From a bacterium (GTDB taxonomy: Bacteria; Patescibacteriota; Patescibacteriia; Patescibacteriales; GWE2-39-37): a DNA stretch of 64,000 nt. A model generated the notes under the pieces. That model saw only the letters and a list, made by a program, of their open reading frames with translations, was not told where the DNA came from and did not search any database. The translations under genes were made by a program, and so were the position numbers. Of the stretch, positions 62,767 to 64,000 are shown in pieces. The stretch is taken from assembly GCA_037146995.1 (NCBI GenBank), contig JBAWWA010000005.1, positions 2,978 to 66,977 on the forward strand, written 5' to 3'. How positions within the stretch are numbered: position 1 is the stretch's first letter; every line of letters begins with the position of its first letter.

Positions 62767-64000
62767 TTATTTTATTCTAATATTAGAAACCACCGGCGTG
62801 ACACCAGTATCATTAGATTTTAAAACTACTTTAATTTTCAAGTACCTGCCCATGTGATTAGCATCAAGATAACCGGTAGCATTCCAGTCACTGGCAATGA
62901 ACATACTACCATCGAGCAAGGCTGGATTATCGTTAGCAGCTACGTATACCTCAACACTGGAATTCGAACCAGGCTTAATGAATTGATCCCAACTGATCGA
63001 ACCCCATTTACCACCGGCAGAGCCATGATCCATTACCTCACTCAACCAAGTCCCAGATCGCATAATCTTAGCTCTATTTAAGCCAGCCATATCGGCATAG
63101 GTATAGACAAAACTACCTAAGCACCCACCAGGACTCGAACTAAGGCCAGAATTGTCGGCTGTTTTGGCACAAAAAACATTAGTGCCACGATCAAGCTGAG
63201 AACTTGTTGTCTGACCGGTAGCTGCATCAACAAAATAAATCCTTGACGCACCAGCCTCAGGATAAGCAATACTAAAAACTAAGCCATCAGAGGTTCCACT
63301 AATACCATGCATTTCAGTCGTGCCAATACTAATGGTATAAAGCTTTGAAACTACATCGGTAGTAGAATTGTAATTAAGTCCAACAATGTCCTTATTTGCA
63401 AACCCTGAGCCCCAAATACGGCCATAAGAATCACTACTGACACCACTTACAAAACCAGCAAAGGGATAGTATTTAACCTCATTCGTCGCCTTTTTATACC
63501 TATATACCCCACCAGAACCAGAATAAATACCGAACCATGGTGTATCAGATGAATCAATGGTCACTCCGTATATAGCACCACCACTAAAGTTAAAATATTC
63601 AGGTGTTGGTGGCGTTAAGTTGGTATTAATTTTTGTAACTTGACCGGTACTACACCAAGGACAACTTTGCACCCACAGATAACCCTTACTATCACCAGCT
63701 AAGCCATAAATTTGCTTGCCGATATTAACATGATTTAAAATTGTACAAACTCCTGGAGTGGCAGTGGCAGAAAATAAAGTAATATCACCAGTATACATGT
63801 TAGCCGCCCAAGCATTACCATCCTTATCCAAAGTTACACCACCACCATTTGCGCCGCCAGTATGGGCAGGGTCCGTAAAACATGTTCTAAGAATTACCCC
63901 CTCATTGGTAATCTGGCTAACCGTTTGCTGTGATCTGTTGTGCACCCAAACATCACTGGTTTCGACGTTAACAGCAGTGCGCGATGGGAGACCACCACCA
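62767..64000 (-). CDS. Beta-propeller-like repeat protein (NHL/Vgb-like blades), 5' end beyond the window
   Basis: The frame stays open upstream of the GTG at 63945 to the window edge (...GGGLPSRTAVNVETSDVWVHNRS...). Repeated G-x-(I/V)-W blades are present. Confidence 0.65.
   Translation of the reverse strand, partial: GGGLPSRTAVNVETSDVWVHNRSQQTVSQITNEGVILRTCFTDPAHTGGANGGGVTLDKDGNAWAANMYTGDITLFSATATPGVCTILNHVNIGKQIYGLAGDSKGYLWVQSCPWCSTGQVTKINTNLTPPTPEYFNFSGGAIYGVTIDSSDTPWFGIYSGSGGVYRYKKATNEVKYYPFAGFVSGVSSDSYGRIWGSGFANKDIVGLNYNSTTDVVSKLYTISIGTTEMHGISGTSDGLVFSIAYPEAGASRIYFVDAATGQTTSSQLDRGTNVFCAKTADNSGLSSSPGGCLGSFVYTYADMAGLNRAKIMRSGTWLSEVMDHGSAGGKWGSISWDQFIKPGSNSSVEVYVAANDNPALLDGSMFIASDWNATGYLDANHMGRYLKIKVVLKSNDTGVTPVVSNIRIK

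Noticed and set aside
4022-63081. Numerous 60-190-aa ORFs antisense to or overlapping the long minus-strand genes. Examples are 4022-4291, 8082-8279, 14569-14898, 15273-15641, 17090-17665, 18548-18895, 25020-25295, 40654-40941, 47697-48050 and 62301-62612.
   Set aside because: They are fully nested in well-supported genes. They have low-complexity or hydrophobic composition typical of the reverse frames of AT-rich coding DNA, and none has a motif.
1-64000. CRISPR arrays, rRNA genes, IS elements or transposases
   Set aside because: I saw no regularly spaced direct repeats, no rRNA-like conserved blocks, and no DDE or serine recombinase ORFs. The only recombinase is the tyrosine integrase.

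Overview
This is an AT-rich window with few Shine-Dalgarno sequences, and its gene content looks like a Candidate Phyla Radiation / Patescibacteria-type bacterium (an inference from gene content only). The host backbone is all on the minus strand. It comprises the start of a ribonucleotide reductase gene plus nrdR (1-721), a secreted giant protein of about 2,600 aa (1124-8920), then ftsZ, ftsA, a DgkA-like kinase, ybeY and four secreted or membrane proteins (56739-64000). Between the giant gene and ftsZ sits a prophage of about 47.5 kb (9316-56768). It is bounded by a 29-bp direct repeat that duplicates the last codons of ftsZ, with a tyrosine integrase at the left end. From right to left it carries a replication/methylase module, terminase, portal, protease, an HK97-type capsid, a siphovirus-type tail with a G/GT frameshift, a tail fibre and a lysis cassette. 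The accessory slot between the lysis cassette and the integrase holds the most unusual feature, a 19.5-kb same-strand, almost gap-free gene array (12258-31745). It contains 13 paralogues plus one truncated relic. All begin with the same N-terminal signature (M-x-N-x-N-C-P-Q-L-K followed by a long helix) but carry at least six unrelated C-terminal modules: an FGE/C-type-lectin-like tail, WG repeats, LRR-like repeats and three unknown types. The array is wrapped around a 1002-aa MoxR/AAA_5-like ATPase, a 1008-aa HExxH + VWA (MIDAS) protein and a 66-aa coiled-coil protein. I regard this array as the candidate undescribed system. The likeliest reading is a phage-carried, adaptor-based conflict or host-interaction system driven by an AAA-VWA remodeller, but its function cannot be established from sequence alone. 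No rRNA, tRNA or CRISPR array was found.
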